A stretch of 64,000 nt of DNA from a virus (taxonomy: Duplodnaviria > Caudoviricetes), in IMG/VR virus record IMGVR_UViG_3300021958_000041, positions 21,197 through 85,196 of that record; one strand, given 5' to 3'. Shown here piece by piece: positions 19,704 through 30,500 of this stretch (position 1 is its first letter; each line of letters starts with the position of its first letter). A program made the translations under genes and the position numbers. The notes under the pieces were generated by a model that was not told the DNA's origin, searched no databases, and saw only the letters and a program-made list of their open reading frames with translations.

Positions 19704-22700
19704 TGGGTGTAAAATTATCATGCGTTGGTGAAAGAAACCAGACTTACACCGTCACAGCAAGTGAAACCTATTCATTCTCCTCGCATTTCGCTGAGACAAG
19801 AAACATAGACGATTGTGTTGCACAGGTGGCTAATAACTTTCTCGGCAATCCATATACATTTTGTTCATGTACAGACAAGCAAACTACTGATAATGCTGCG
19901 ACCTATAAGAGTTTCCTCACTGTGAAAGCAACTAGTACTCTTGGTGGACATCCTGACGAACATGCCGTAAGTGTTGAGAGTGAAGATAAGTATTCCGATG
20001 GATTTGGAGACCGATTTCATTCTCCGAGAAATACTGCAAACGGTTGTAAAACGTTTAAATACGAGTTAGAAGGTGGTGGTGCAGGTTCAACCACAGAATT
20101 ATGGAACATAAAAGGTCATCATAGTACAGACAAGTGGTCTGACTCATGGCATACTGTTAGTGAAGATAGTAATGGATACACGAAAGGGAAGGAAGTAAAT
20201 AATTATCCTCCTTATATTACTTATTATCCTGCCCACGAAGATAATTTCGTTCCTTGGTTTTCTAAAAGAATTACATCAAAAGCGGAAACTTTCACAGTTC
20301 CAGAAATTATATATAGCACAGATTTATCAGGAAAAGTTTCAGACTTAAGTACATTTTTAAATACATCAACAAGGCCATTCACTACATTTAATCGAATATT
20401 AACGCATGAAGAAATGTATACGAGCGTTAGTAATCATTATACAGAAATCAGTGATGATGCCCCTCGCATCTATTACAATGATACCCGAACTTTCAAGACA
20501 GCTAGATTCCCCTTCGAAAATATCCTGACCACAATAATATGTGATGATAAAGATTTTGTCATATTTAATACAGCCGCGGCTTCTTATGCAGGAAATCACT
20601 CTTTCACTAAAGCTAAAACAGTTGTAATAAATGAAATACCGCCAAGTCAGAATTGGCTTGGTAGGGCTTACCATGTACCAAATAAATCTAAAACTCTATC
20701 TTGGTCAACTTTTGGTAAAGATTACAGGTTGCCGTATAATTTTGGCGAAACTGAATACCCATTATTTAAAAAGAAAACTTTAAATGTTAAAAATTGGGAT
20801 GTTGGGAAATGGAGTGGTGCAAATTTTAAGCGCTATCAAATAATTGAACCTGTTAATCAAAAAGCCAATCTCAGTTATCTTTATCAGGAATCACAAGAAA
20901 TAGTAGAAGCTCCTTATACATTTTCTTCCGATTGGCATGCTAGATTTAGTTTGTATAAAACTAAACAAGTTACAGTTAATTGGTTAATCCCATCCCCAGC
21001 CAAAATAAATATAGGAAATTCATATGGAGCTATACAATATCCACAAGTCGAAAACCATCTTTCCTACACAAAACTTAACATAGAAGGCTGGACACCCCTT
21101 GGTGGAGGATTCAGAAATCAATCTGCGACCTATCCAGTAAATGCTGGATACACGGCATTTGAGGTAGGAAGTAAAACTACATACACAGAACTTGGAGACA
21201 AATCCAGGCGCAGCTCATTTAAGCATGGTGTTAGCGCTTCACCATCTAGGGATTGGGCGTATTATCAACCAAACGAAGTTACTGTTCTAGGTGACATTTA
21301 CTTACAAGCTACTAATATAGGTAAAGTCTTGCCTAGGAAATTTGGAAGTAATTTCATTCAAGGTTCCAATAGGGGTACAAATGCGGATTATTTTAAGGCA
21401 GTGCAAGGAGAGCGATGGCCCGTACATAATATATTTGGTGACACTAGGGTAGATAATAACATAGGAGCGCAAGCCTATAGGGACAATCAGGCTTTAGCTA
21501 TTGGAGACATTGATGTTAGTGTCCGAAATTACAAATTTGTGACAACACGCACCAAATATCTCACAATTGCTGGCAGGAGAAAAAGGACTACAGAAACCCA
21601 TCATTTACAAAGTTTTGGTTTACCAGTAGCTAATTTCACTAACCCCGAAACTGCTAAGGAATTTTGGAGTTTTTCATATACCGATATTGTCAAGACATCC
21701 GACCCTGAGGACTCCAATAAAACTAGTTATGTAAGTAGTCATAATAGAATAATTGAACATAATTTAGGACTTGATTACAATAGACCCCCAAATGCATCAA
21801 CTTATGCAATAACTGATTATGACGACTCAAATTGGAAAGAAGCCAAAAAACCTAAAGCTATAGAAGTATTAGATAGCTCTTGGTATGGCCCGTTAACACA
21901 AAATGGTGCATACCATTCTGGAAGCGGTGTAAATTCCCACGGCCATGAATCATTTAATATAGCTGATTATAGACATATTGGTAATATAAATAATTACGAT
22001 TGGAGGTATCATTCAACAAATTCTTCATCATGGCTAGAAGTTGATGATGTAGACAGAGGTGCGTATCATGGTCTAAAAGTTGCAGATTATCACTATAAAG
22101 GTATTCTTGATGCCCCCCGTGAATACCTCAAATCCCTTAAATTACAGAGAGTCGATTGGTGGGGAGGCGGAATTATTAATTATCATGCACCACCAGACCA
22201 CGGAAATTCTTTCTACTACAATAAATGGCATGATGATTATAATTATAGATTTAACGCAAAAGATGCTCTTCTAGTAGCACCTATTGGAGTTGGTGGAATT
22301 GGTTACGATGGAAGCCCTTTTTCTGGATATATAGGTAATTATTATAAAAGTGACTTAGATATTACATCTTATGTAGAAAACTCCAATGGTTCATTTGATT
22401 CCTCAAAAACAAAACTCTCCTTAGGCTTACATACGTATATTGGTACAGCCCAAACTTTTTTCGCAGCAAATCCATTTAGTTCTATAAATGAACCACTAGG
22501 CAGTACAAAATTAGGAGCTGGTACACCTTTTTCTGTAATTTATAACCCTTTCCAGAAAAAAAGAAATACCTTTACAGATTCTAATATATTATCTAATAAT
22601 CCTGAGTATTTTATAGAAGGAATGAGATTTCAAGACGGAGTAATAACAAAAAGAGGAAAGCCAGCCCAAACAGAAACAAAGGAGAATGAAGACGGAGAAA

Positions 22701-22810
22701 GAGTCACCTTTGTAGTGTCGATGGCCGAGATGCCCCAAACGGGAAATATCAGCGCTTACTATGAATCTTTATTCAATGTAGTTTCAAAAGCCACATGGAA
22801 TGGGCAATAA
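19688..22810 (+). CDS. large putative virion/tail protein (1040 aa)
   Basis: Long Thr/Ser/Tyr/Asn-rich ORF in tail module; no family recognised. Confidence 0.65.
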   Translation: MEHTVVGVKLSCVGERNQTYTVTASETYSFSSHFAETRNIDDCVAQVANNFLGNPYTFCSCTDKQTTDNAATYKSFLTVKATSTLGGHPDEHAVSVESEDKYSDGFGDRFHSPRNTANGCKTFKYELEGGGAGSTTELWNIKGHHSTDKWSDSWHTVSEDSNGYTKGKEVNNYPPYITYYPAHEDNFVPWFSKRITSKAETFTVPEIIYSTDLSGKVSDLSTFLNTSTRPFTTFNRILTHEEMYTSVSNHYTEISDDAPRIYYNDTRTFKTARFPFENILTTIICDDKDFVIFNTAAASYAGNHSFTKAKTVVINEIPPSQNWLGRAYHVPNKSKTLSWSTFGKDYRLPYNFGETEYPLFKKKTLNVKNWDVGKWSGANFKRYQIIEPVNQKANLSYLYQESQEIVEAPYTFSSDWHARFSLYKTKQVTVNWLIPSPAKINIGNSYGAIQYPQVENHLSYTKLNIEGWTPLGGGFRNQSATYPVNAGYTAFEVGSKTTYTELGDKSRRSSFKHGVSASPSRDWAYYQPNEVTVLGDIYLQATNIGKVLPRKFGSNFIQGSNRGTNADYFKAVQGERWPVHNIFGDTRVDNNIGAQAYRDNQALAIGDIDVSVRNYKFVTTRTKYLTIAGRRKRTTETHHLQSFGLPVANFTNPETAKEFWSFSYTDIVKTSDPEDSNKTSYVSSHNRIIEHNLGLDYNRPPNASTYAITDYDDSNWKEAKKPKAIEVLDSSWYGPLTQNGAYHSGSGVNSHGHESFNIADYRHIGNINNYDWRYHSTNSSSWLEVDDVDRGAYHGLKVADYHYKGILDAPREYLKSLKLQRVDWWGGGIINYHAPPDHGNSFYYNKWHDDYNYRFNAKDALLVAPIGVGGIGYDGSPFSGYIGNYYKSDLDITSYVENSNGSFDSSKTKLSLGLHTYIGTAQTFFAANPFSSINEPLGSTKLGAGTPFSVIYNPFQKKRNTFTDSNILSNNPEYFIEGMRFQDGVITKRGKPAQTETKENEDGERVTFVVSMAEMPQTGNISAYYESLFNVVSKATWNGQ

Positions 22811-23948
22811 ACACTATATAGCTACATATGCAACAGAGCGTTATACATACGCGCTCCCAAATTTCGGAAGAAGAATCGCAGCCTCTATCGTAGATTCAGG
22901 CATAAAGAAAGGTGTCTTCCTCTTTGTTTGCGATGAAGAAGAAAACACAAAAGATTGTGCGCGAAAATATATAGAAAGTGTATTACCAAAAGGATGGATT
23001 TTCAAGCTTATGCCGATTGCGGTAAATGATAAAGAAGTAAAAAATTACAAAGAAGATGCTCAATTATTAATAGCTCAACTTCAGTCATGTGCGTTTACTG
23101 AAGCAAGAAAGAATAACGCTAAATCTTTTTTTAGCGTAGAGTCAGATGTCCTAGTTCAGCCAAATTCATATAGAGTAGCTATGGACTGCATTAAATTTGA
23201 TAATGGATATTATGATATAGCAATGTGTTCTTATCCATCACAAGGAGGTGGACCGTTCTTAGGCGGAAGGGGGACAAAGCAATCTCAAATAGCAAATGAC
23301 GTATATGAAGATGAAAAAGATATACCAAAAGAACTTTTAAAGAAGAAAAAAACCTTAGACGATAAAATAAACAAAATTGAAAAAAAATGGCAAACTGACA
23401 AAGACCACATTGCGGCTCAAAAATCAAGAGATGAATTAAGGGAAGAAGAGGAAGAAATTCAAAAAAAAATCAAAGATTGTCCACCTAAAGGCAATGTGTA
23501 TGAGTTAAATGCCAAAAGATGGCGCAAGAGAGGATGGATGGAACATGCATATCCAGCAATAGGGAAAGGTGCTATAGTTCCTACCGACTGGGTCGGGTTA
23601 GGATGTACCTTGTTGTCTAGGAAAGCATTATCCTTATCTCACTTTGACGGATACATGGGCTTTGGTACGCAAGATTTATACCTAGGCTGGAATAGATGGA
23701 AGCAGGCAAATTTAAACATGTGCGTAACAACGCATAGTATATGTGACCATGTAATTAGAAAAAGGGGAGAAAATGGAGACCAGATTTGGGAAGATTTTGT
23801 TATTGTTAACAGCTTCCACGAGGAAGACGGAGAATACGAAGGACATCTTAGGCAAAATCATTCCAAAATGTACAATTTTACAGCAGGAGAAAAACCAAAA
23901 ATCTTTCAAGATGAGAAACCTGAAAAAACCGAAGATGAAAAAGGTTAA
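22800..23948 (+). CDS. GT-A fold (GT2-like) glycosyltransferase with coiled-coil insertion
   Basis: FSVESDVLV, DWVGLGCTLLSR, TQDLYL, CDH motifs; Lys/Glu-rich insert. Confidence 0.65.
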   Translation: MGNKHYIATYATERYTYALPNFGRRIAASIVDSGIKKGVFLFVCDEEENTKDCARKYIESVLPKGWIFKLMPIAVNDKEVKNYKEDAQLLIAQLQSCAFTEARKNNAKSFFSVESDVLVQPNSYRVAMDCIKFDNGYYDIAMCSYPSQGGGPFLGGRGTKQSQIANDVYEDEKDIPKELLKKKKTLDDKINKIEKKWQTDKDHIAAQKSRDELREEEEEIQKKIKDCPPKGNVYELNAKRWRKRGWMEHAYPAIGKGAIVPTDWVGLGCTLLSRKALSLSHFDGYMGFGTQDLYLGWNRWKQANLNMCVTTHSICDHVIRKRGENGDQIWEDFVIVNSFHEEDGEYEGHLRQNHSKMYNFTAGEKPKIFQDEKPEKTEDEKG

Positions 23949-23992
23949 ATATACAAATTGACTATTGCGTCAATATGTTATGATTTATATGT

Positions 23993-26900
23993 ATGGCTTT
24001 GCAGGACCGTACATTACACTTCAATCTTTCAGAACAGCTTCATAAGACATTAATTAAGTCACCAATAAACATTGCTAGACTCTCTACGGCAATGTTTGTG
24101 CAAGGTGATAAAACTCCAATTACTCTAAAATTTTACGAATTTAGTATTAATGGTTTAGTTGACACCTTTATAGATGAGGAAATTATAGAAGTCTGTGCGA
24201 GATGGGAATCAACAAACGCTGAGTTATTTACGCCAGCAGCCGTCACAGTCAATATTAATGGCATAGGATTAAGTGAAGATGGTGAGCTGCAAGGAGGAGT
24301 AGACTTTACTGGAAACCCCAAAGGTGGAAATTTCACCAAAGGTCAAGTTTACCCAATAACTCAAAAAGGTATAGATTTAGGCGGCAAAATAACAGCAACT
24401 AATGTTGATAGTTCAGGTAAATTAATTACAGGCATTATAACAAGTGCTGGAACTGGATATGAACAAGCCGAGACTATTACAATTGAAAATCCTATTGGTG
24501 ACCCTAAGCCAGAAAATGGGCAAACATTAACAAATACATTTTCCGCAGGCTCTAATATTGGGCATTCTGATGTAGATACGAGTGAATCTGCTTTATTTGC
24601 CATAGATTTAAATATTCAAAGTAACGCAGATGGACTAATTGCATTCACGGGTCAAGGGACGGCACAAATTGCTGCAGGCAATGAACTAGGTGACTATAAT
24701 AATTACGAAAAGAAATACTATGTAGCTAATAACATTCTTGCTTGGCAACAGACGACACTTCCTAGTTCAGGAAGTACAATAGATTCTTTAAATGGGTGGT
24801 CCATCCCTAGCGGACAGCCAACTACGCCTAGAGTAGGTACTACTACTTCTTGGGGTGGTAATGGAGTTCTTATATATGCGGATGATACCTCTTCTGGGCT
24901 TGACTCTCTGATAAATACACTAAGTGAACCATTAACCCCAGGCGTATATGATATAGATTTTGGCCTTTTTGATTATTACGACGTGGGGAGCGGTTATCCG
25001 TCTCTAGATATTAGTGGAAGTACTGATGGAATTAATTTTAATAGTTTAGTTTCAGTGGACTTGACATTCAATATGTACTCCACATCCCCATCCAAAAAAG
25101 AGAGATTTGAAGTTCCTCATACATCCGATGCAATAACACACATTAAAATAGCATATAACCCATCAGCGACTCCTCCAGACCAATATGACTATGTGGATTT
25201 CGAAAAGTTTTCAATTACCAAAAGAGAACCTTCTACGGGATGGAATCAAGAAAGATATGTGCTTAGAAATCCAAAATTCGAACATACCGCAGCTAGCATA
25301 CTTACAACTACCACAAACGCACGAGTTTACAACAATGTAACTTTATCTGATGAGGGTAATTATCATTTCAAAATTACAGCAAAGGCATTATCACATGATA
25401 GGCTAAAAGCTTCGTCTTTGGATTTTCCAAAATTACAGATACACATTAGTTCTCCGCTACTGAACTCAAATCCTATTCTTGATGCACAAATTGATATGGA
25501 AGATGGAGCGGTAGATATTCAAAGTGGTACTGCGTCTACTACTGCTACAAAAAATACATACGAAGAAGTTGAAATAGAAATAATTATTCCAGTATCTAGC
25601 TCAAATACAGGGGATTACTATTTTATAACAAAAAGTATTAATGATTCATCTCTTCAATCTGATAATAAAATAACCTTAAGGAATGCTTCAGTAAAAAAAG
25701 ACAACTTAGGTGCGGAATTATTATCAAATAATAACTCTATAGAAAATTGGTCTACTGCTAGTCCAACTGATGTAGAAGTTGCAGCACACCCAATAAATTG
25801 GGAAATCAAAGCTGGAGCAATTGATGAGTCCAGCTTGAATAATGGAATAATAAAAGCACAAAGTGCTAACACAAGATTAGTTCAACAATCATACATGGAT
25901 AGTTATGATAGAACATTTAACCCTTTTATAAAATCAACACAAGTCTACAAGGTTTGTATAAGTTTTGGTACATTAAGTAGTTCAAACACAGACGAAGTAA
26001 GTATATTAATTTACGGAGGAAGCACTGTAACATGGGCAGACGGCAACCAGAATAACACCTTTACAATAAATACCGCAGATATACCATCATCTGGATATTT
26101 TGAAACGTATGTTAAAACAGGTAGCTCAATGCCTGACATTGTTGAATTAAAACTTATAAATACGGATGTAGAGGTAAAAGATTTCCAAATAAAAGAAGTT
26201 TACGATACATCAATTGGATTTTCTACGCATATGGAGGAGACGCTTGGAGTGCCTGACCCAATGTATGAGGAAAGCCTAACAGATAATACCTTAAGAATAA
26301 TTAATGATTCAGCCTTTCAGGCATCCATTACGCAAGATTTAAGCTTATTAAAGAATAATCAGTATCGTATTAGAGCAAAAACAAATTCAATATATAATAC
26401 AGCGTATAGTACTTCACCATATGAAAAAGCCAATATTTATGGTTATTCCGAGATTCACGGTTGGAAGAAACTTGGGAACATGGAAATTGGTCAACAGATT
26501 ACATTTAATGATACTAGTACGGGATTTATGGGGCATAAATTTGATATTGTTCCAGAAGTAGATTTCACCGCATTATCTATAAGTTTCCCGCAAAGTCATA
26601 TAAGACTTGATGAAATGTCGGTCGATGGCAACAGGAATGCTATGGCTTTAGAATTTCAGGCAGGCAGCTTATTACTGCGAGTTGGAAATCAATATAGTAC
26701 ATCAAGTGCATATATTAACGTACCTATATCATCCAAGCCAGTACTCAATGGTGATGTTACGCTGTCAGTATTAATAGATAATGTAGCTAATAAAATTGAA
26801 CTATATTGCAACAGTACATTACTTGCAGAACAAGTCATTCCATCTGGATTCTCAAATAACTCATGGTCCGCAACAGGTGGTAAAATTACAGAATTATCAC

Positions 26901-27244
26901 TTGATTCAGGATTGCATGCTTCAACATCAGTATTTAATGGTCAATTAAACTCTGGATTGAGATACTATAAAAATCCACAATCTTTATCTCTATCTGATGA
27001 CGACATAGAAGAAATAGAGTTGGAGTCAGATTATGTAGCACCTAATTATGAAGTCCTCATCAACTTAGATGGCCCAGAAGTCCACGCATTATTTGACCTT
27101 GGATTTGGTGACGCACTTGCTAAATTTGATGTCCAGTGTAGAGATACAGCTAATACAAAAATACGGACATTAGCTAGGTTTGATGGCTTAATATTCCGTG
27201 ATGTCAATTTCAATGGTAGTAGTGGAACACCATTCACTCCTTAA
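23993..27244 (+). CDS. large virion protein with multiple beta-rich (carbohydrate-binding-like) modules
   Basis: 1083 aa, Ser/Thr/Asn-rich; N-terminal FVQGD..ITLKFY adaptor-like segment. Confidence 0.6.
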   Translation: MALQDRTLHFNLSEQLHKTLIKSPINIARLSTAMFVQGDKTPITLKFYEFSINGLVDTFIDEEIIEVCARWESTNAELFTPAAVTVNINGIGLSEDGELQGGVDFTGNPKGGNFTKGQVYPITQKGIDLGGKITATNVDSSGKLITGIITSAGTGYEQAETITIENPIGDPKPENGQTLTNTFSAGSNIGHSDVDTSESALFAIDLNIQSNADGLIAFTGQGTAQIAAGNELGDYNNYEKKYYVANNILAWQQTTLPSSGSTIDSLNGWSIPSGQPTTPRVGTTTSWGGNGVLIYADDTSSGLDSLINTLSEPLTPGVYDIDFGLFDYYDVGSGYPSLDISGSTDGINFNSLVSVDLTFNMYSTSPSKKERFEVPHTSDAITHIKIAYNPSATPPDQYDYVDFEKFSITKREPSTGWNQERYVLRNPKFEHTAASILTTTTNARVYNNVTLSDEGNYHFKITAKALSHDRLKASSLDFPKLQIHISSPLLNSNPILDAQIDMEDGAVDIQSGTASTTATKNTYEEVEIEIIIPVSSSNTGDYYFITKSINDSSLQSDNKITLRNASVKKDNLGAELLSNNNSIENWSTASPTDVEVAAHPINWEIKAGAIDESSLNNGIIKAQSANTRLVQQSYMDSYDRTFNPFIKSTQVYKVCISFGTLSSSNTDEVSILIYGGSTVTWADGNQNNTFTINTADIPSSGYFETYVKTGSSMPDIVELKLINTDVEVKDFQIKEVYDTSIGFSTHMEETLGVPDPMYEESLTDNTLRIINDSAFQASITQDLSLLKNNQYRIRAKTNSIYNTAYSTSPYEKANIYGYSEIHGWKKLGNMEIGQQITFNDTSTGFMGHKFDIVPEVDFTALSISFPQSHIRLDEMSVDGNRNAMALEFQAGSLLLRVGNQYSTSSAYINVPISSKPVLNGDVTLSVLIDNVANKIELYCNSTLLAEQVIPSGFSNNSWSATGGKITELSLDSGLHASTSVFNGQLNSGLRYYKNPQSLSLSDDDIEEIELESDYVAPNYEVLINLDGPEVHALFDLGFGDALAKFDVQCRDTANTKIRTLARFDGLIFRDVNFNGSSGTPFTP

Positions 27245-27284
27245 TTTTGTTGTAAATATTTCAAGTTAAACAAATAATAATATT

Positions 27285-27566
27285 ATGAGAAAAGCAGTAT
27301 CAGTAACCAACAGTATTGTAGAAATTTGCCCCGCATCAGAAATGAGAGGCGATTTTAAGGCAAAAATTAACAATTTAGTAATAAAAAATACTTCAGCAAC
27401 TGTAGTCTATCTGCAATGGACGGTTGAACCTGACATTCTCACTATCTCAAATGGATACCCATTGGGTCAAAATGAGGTAGCGATTATCGAAAGAACGAAA
27501 ACAAGTGCCCCAGTCCTAGGAATAACTAATGGTGGTACTGCGAACCTTAGAGTAAGCGGAGACTAA
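27285..27566 (+). CDS. small virion-associated hypothetical protein
   Basis: 93 aa, beta-rich, directly before fibre gene. Confidence 0.55.
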   Translation: MRKAVSVTNSIVEICPASEMRGDFKAKINNLVIKNTSATVVYLQWTVEPDILTISNGYPLGQNEVAIIERTKTSAPVLGITNGGTANLRVSGD

Positions 27567-27568
27567 AG

Positions 27569-30500
27569 ATGAGTTATTTAATATTCCCCTCTGGAGGTGG
27601 TGGTACAGGCGCAACAGGTGCGGCAGGAGCTGATGGTGACACTATAGAAGCAGGAGCATCCGCTCCTAACACCGCAGGAGGAGCAGTAGGCAACAGGAGA
27701 TACTGGCTTGATACATCCACAAATGAATTTTATTTCCTAGCGGCTAATGTTAGCCCTTCTCCTATTGGTAATTGGACAAAAATCGCAGACTTTAGTGGAC
27801 CAACTGGAGCCGCAGGCTCTAATGGGCTAAACGGAATTGACGGCGCTAGCGGAGACCAATGGACACATGCTCAATTGAACAATATAGCACCAAGTGATAA
27901 GGGTACTGCGGATGTTTTTGATGAGTATCAATTAGATACAGATACTGGGAAGGTTTACCATTGTGCCGCTAACGGAAAAACATGGGCTTTGGTTGCTAAT
28001 TTCACAGGCCCTCAAGGTATACAAGGAACACAAGGTATTACTGGAAATGTTGGGCCAACTGGTTCGGCTGGAGCATCTGGAAGTCAATGGTCATCTGGAA
28101 CAAATGCTCCAAGTAACTCAAATGGTAACCATAATGATTTTTATTTTAAATCAGATGATAGGGGGATATATAAGAAAACTGATATATATGCTACCATAGC
28201 TGTAACAATACCTACTTTTGCCGTAGGTGATGTAGTTGAATTTAATTATTTTGATGGAACATCTCAGCAAACAGCTACAATAACTATAGGCACTTCTGTA
28301 GTGTCAACAAATACAACATTTACCGCAGGAGCAGCTACAATTGCTCGCTCAGGCTCACAAAATACAGATGCCGCTGCAATAGTTGTACTTATTAATACTA
28401 TATCTGGGTATTCCGCTACTAGAAATAATGCAGATATTACAATAACCGCAGATACCGCAGGAAATGCATATAATTCATTACTAGATATTACGTTATCAGG
28501 AACTACTACGTCCACAAATGGCGTAGGCTCAATTTCTTGGGATTTACTAGCAACTATTAGTGATGGGCCTCAAGGAGCACAAGGCTTGACAGGAAATACT
28601 GGATTAACTGGAGCTACTGGAGCTACTGGAAATACTGGAAATGACGGGGAAGACGGCTCATTATGGACTTCAGGCGTTACAGATAAATTGCCAAGCGAGG
28701 GAAAATTAGGTGATTTTCATTTCAATACCCTAACATTTGACCTTTTTGAAAAAAGAGAAGTTCCACACATAAGTAAAATCACTATATCAAATCAAGAAGA
28801 TGGCGTACTAGGTGTAGATTTTGATGCAAATGGAGAAATGCTTTTCGACTCTTTCGATGCAAATGAAAAAGCAACATACAAAAGAGATGTAAGTCCAGAC
28901 CCAGATTACATAGTTGTTTTCAATGATGATGATTCGCAATGGGAACTAAGATTGGATGATAAAGATGTAGATGGAAATTATCAATCATCTCATTTTGCAT
29001 TTAACCCTCTTAGCTCTTCGGACGATGGGTATTACCCAAACCCCTTGACATGGCTAGTAAACGCAACAAATTGGCCATCCTCTTCCGCTGCAGTTGGATT
29101 ATTTGAAAATACCACTGCATCTTCTCAAAAAACAAATTGGTATACTGTTGTTAACCTAGAAGTTGGTGGAGCTGCAGGAGAAGGTGTTCCATCAGGTGGT
29201 ACTGCTGGTCAGGTATTATCTAAAGCAACGGCAACTGACTTTGACACTACATGGGTAGATGCTGGTGGCGCTGGTACTAAATTAGAAGGATGGGAAACTG
29301 ACACTGACGGGAATTTAGTTCCTGAGAATGACCAAGCGCAAAATATTGGAAGTCCAACAAGACAGCTTCATAGCTTGTATGTCTCAGGCAAAAGTATTTA
29401 TATAGATAATAAAAAATTAAGTGTAGACTCAGATAGTAATCTTTTTTACCAAACTGACGGAGGGTCAAAAGTATTACTAACTCAAGCCAATGGTACGGAG
29501 AGTAAAAGTGGAACTGCAAACATAACTGTAGGAACAGTTACCACAGGCGCTGCAGGAACGGATGCATCGGTATCGAATTCAGGGAATGCAACTGATGCAG
29601 TTTTTGATTTTACCATACCAAAAGGTGATGTCGGCCCAGCAGGCCCACAGGGAACGGCAGGATACAACGGTTCAATAAGCATAGAAGCAAGCGTATCAAA
29701 TGCAAGCGCACTTCCGTCATCATTAGGTGCGGGGGACGCAGGAAAAGGATACATAACACAGAACGATGGAGCTTTACACTTATGGGATGGAACTAAATTC
29801 GTTAATTTAGGAGCTGTTAGGGGAGAAAAAGGAGACACTGGTGACACAGGAGCTAGTTCTACTTTCATTCAGGGCACTACTGACCCTCAGGCATCGGATG
29901 GTAATGATGGTGATTTATACATAAACACCAATTCTGGTGATTTATTCGGCCCAAAGAATACAACTTGGGGTAGTGCAATATCAAACTTGAAAGGTCCTGC
30001 GGGAACGCGCGGAACTGATGGATTGAAGGGAAACGATGGAACCGCTGGTCAAGTAACAATTGGTACAGTAGCACATGGGTCTACTGCGGCAGTCACCAAT
30101 ACAGGAACTTCTTCGGTAGCTGTTTTAGATTTCGTATTACCCAAAGGTGATAAAGGAGAAAAGGGTGACCAAGGAAATACAAATGCTGTTACTATTACAG
30201 GAAATGTAGCATCAAGCGCTAACCTACCATCAGGGTTAGGACTATCAGATACAGGTAATGGATATATTAGTAATGATACTAAAGAATTGCATGTATGGGT
30301 AGGTACAGAATTTATAAATGTGGGAGGTGTACACGGCCCTGCTGGTGAAGACGGGAAAGGATGGACTTCAGGAGCATACGACCCATCTACTGGAATAACT
30401 TCATTTGAGTCAGATGATGGATTAGGTTTTCAAACCACCGACATAAGAGGTTCAGGATGGACAAGCTCCAATCAAGCTCCTACGGGAGGAAAAAATGGAG

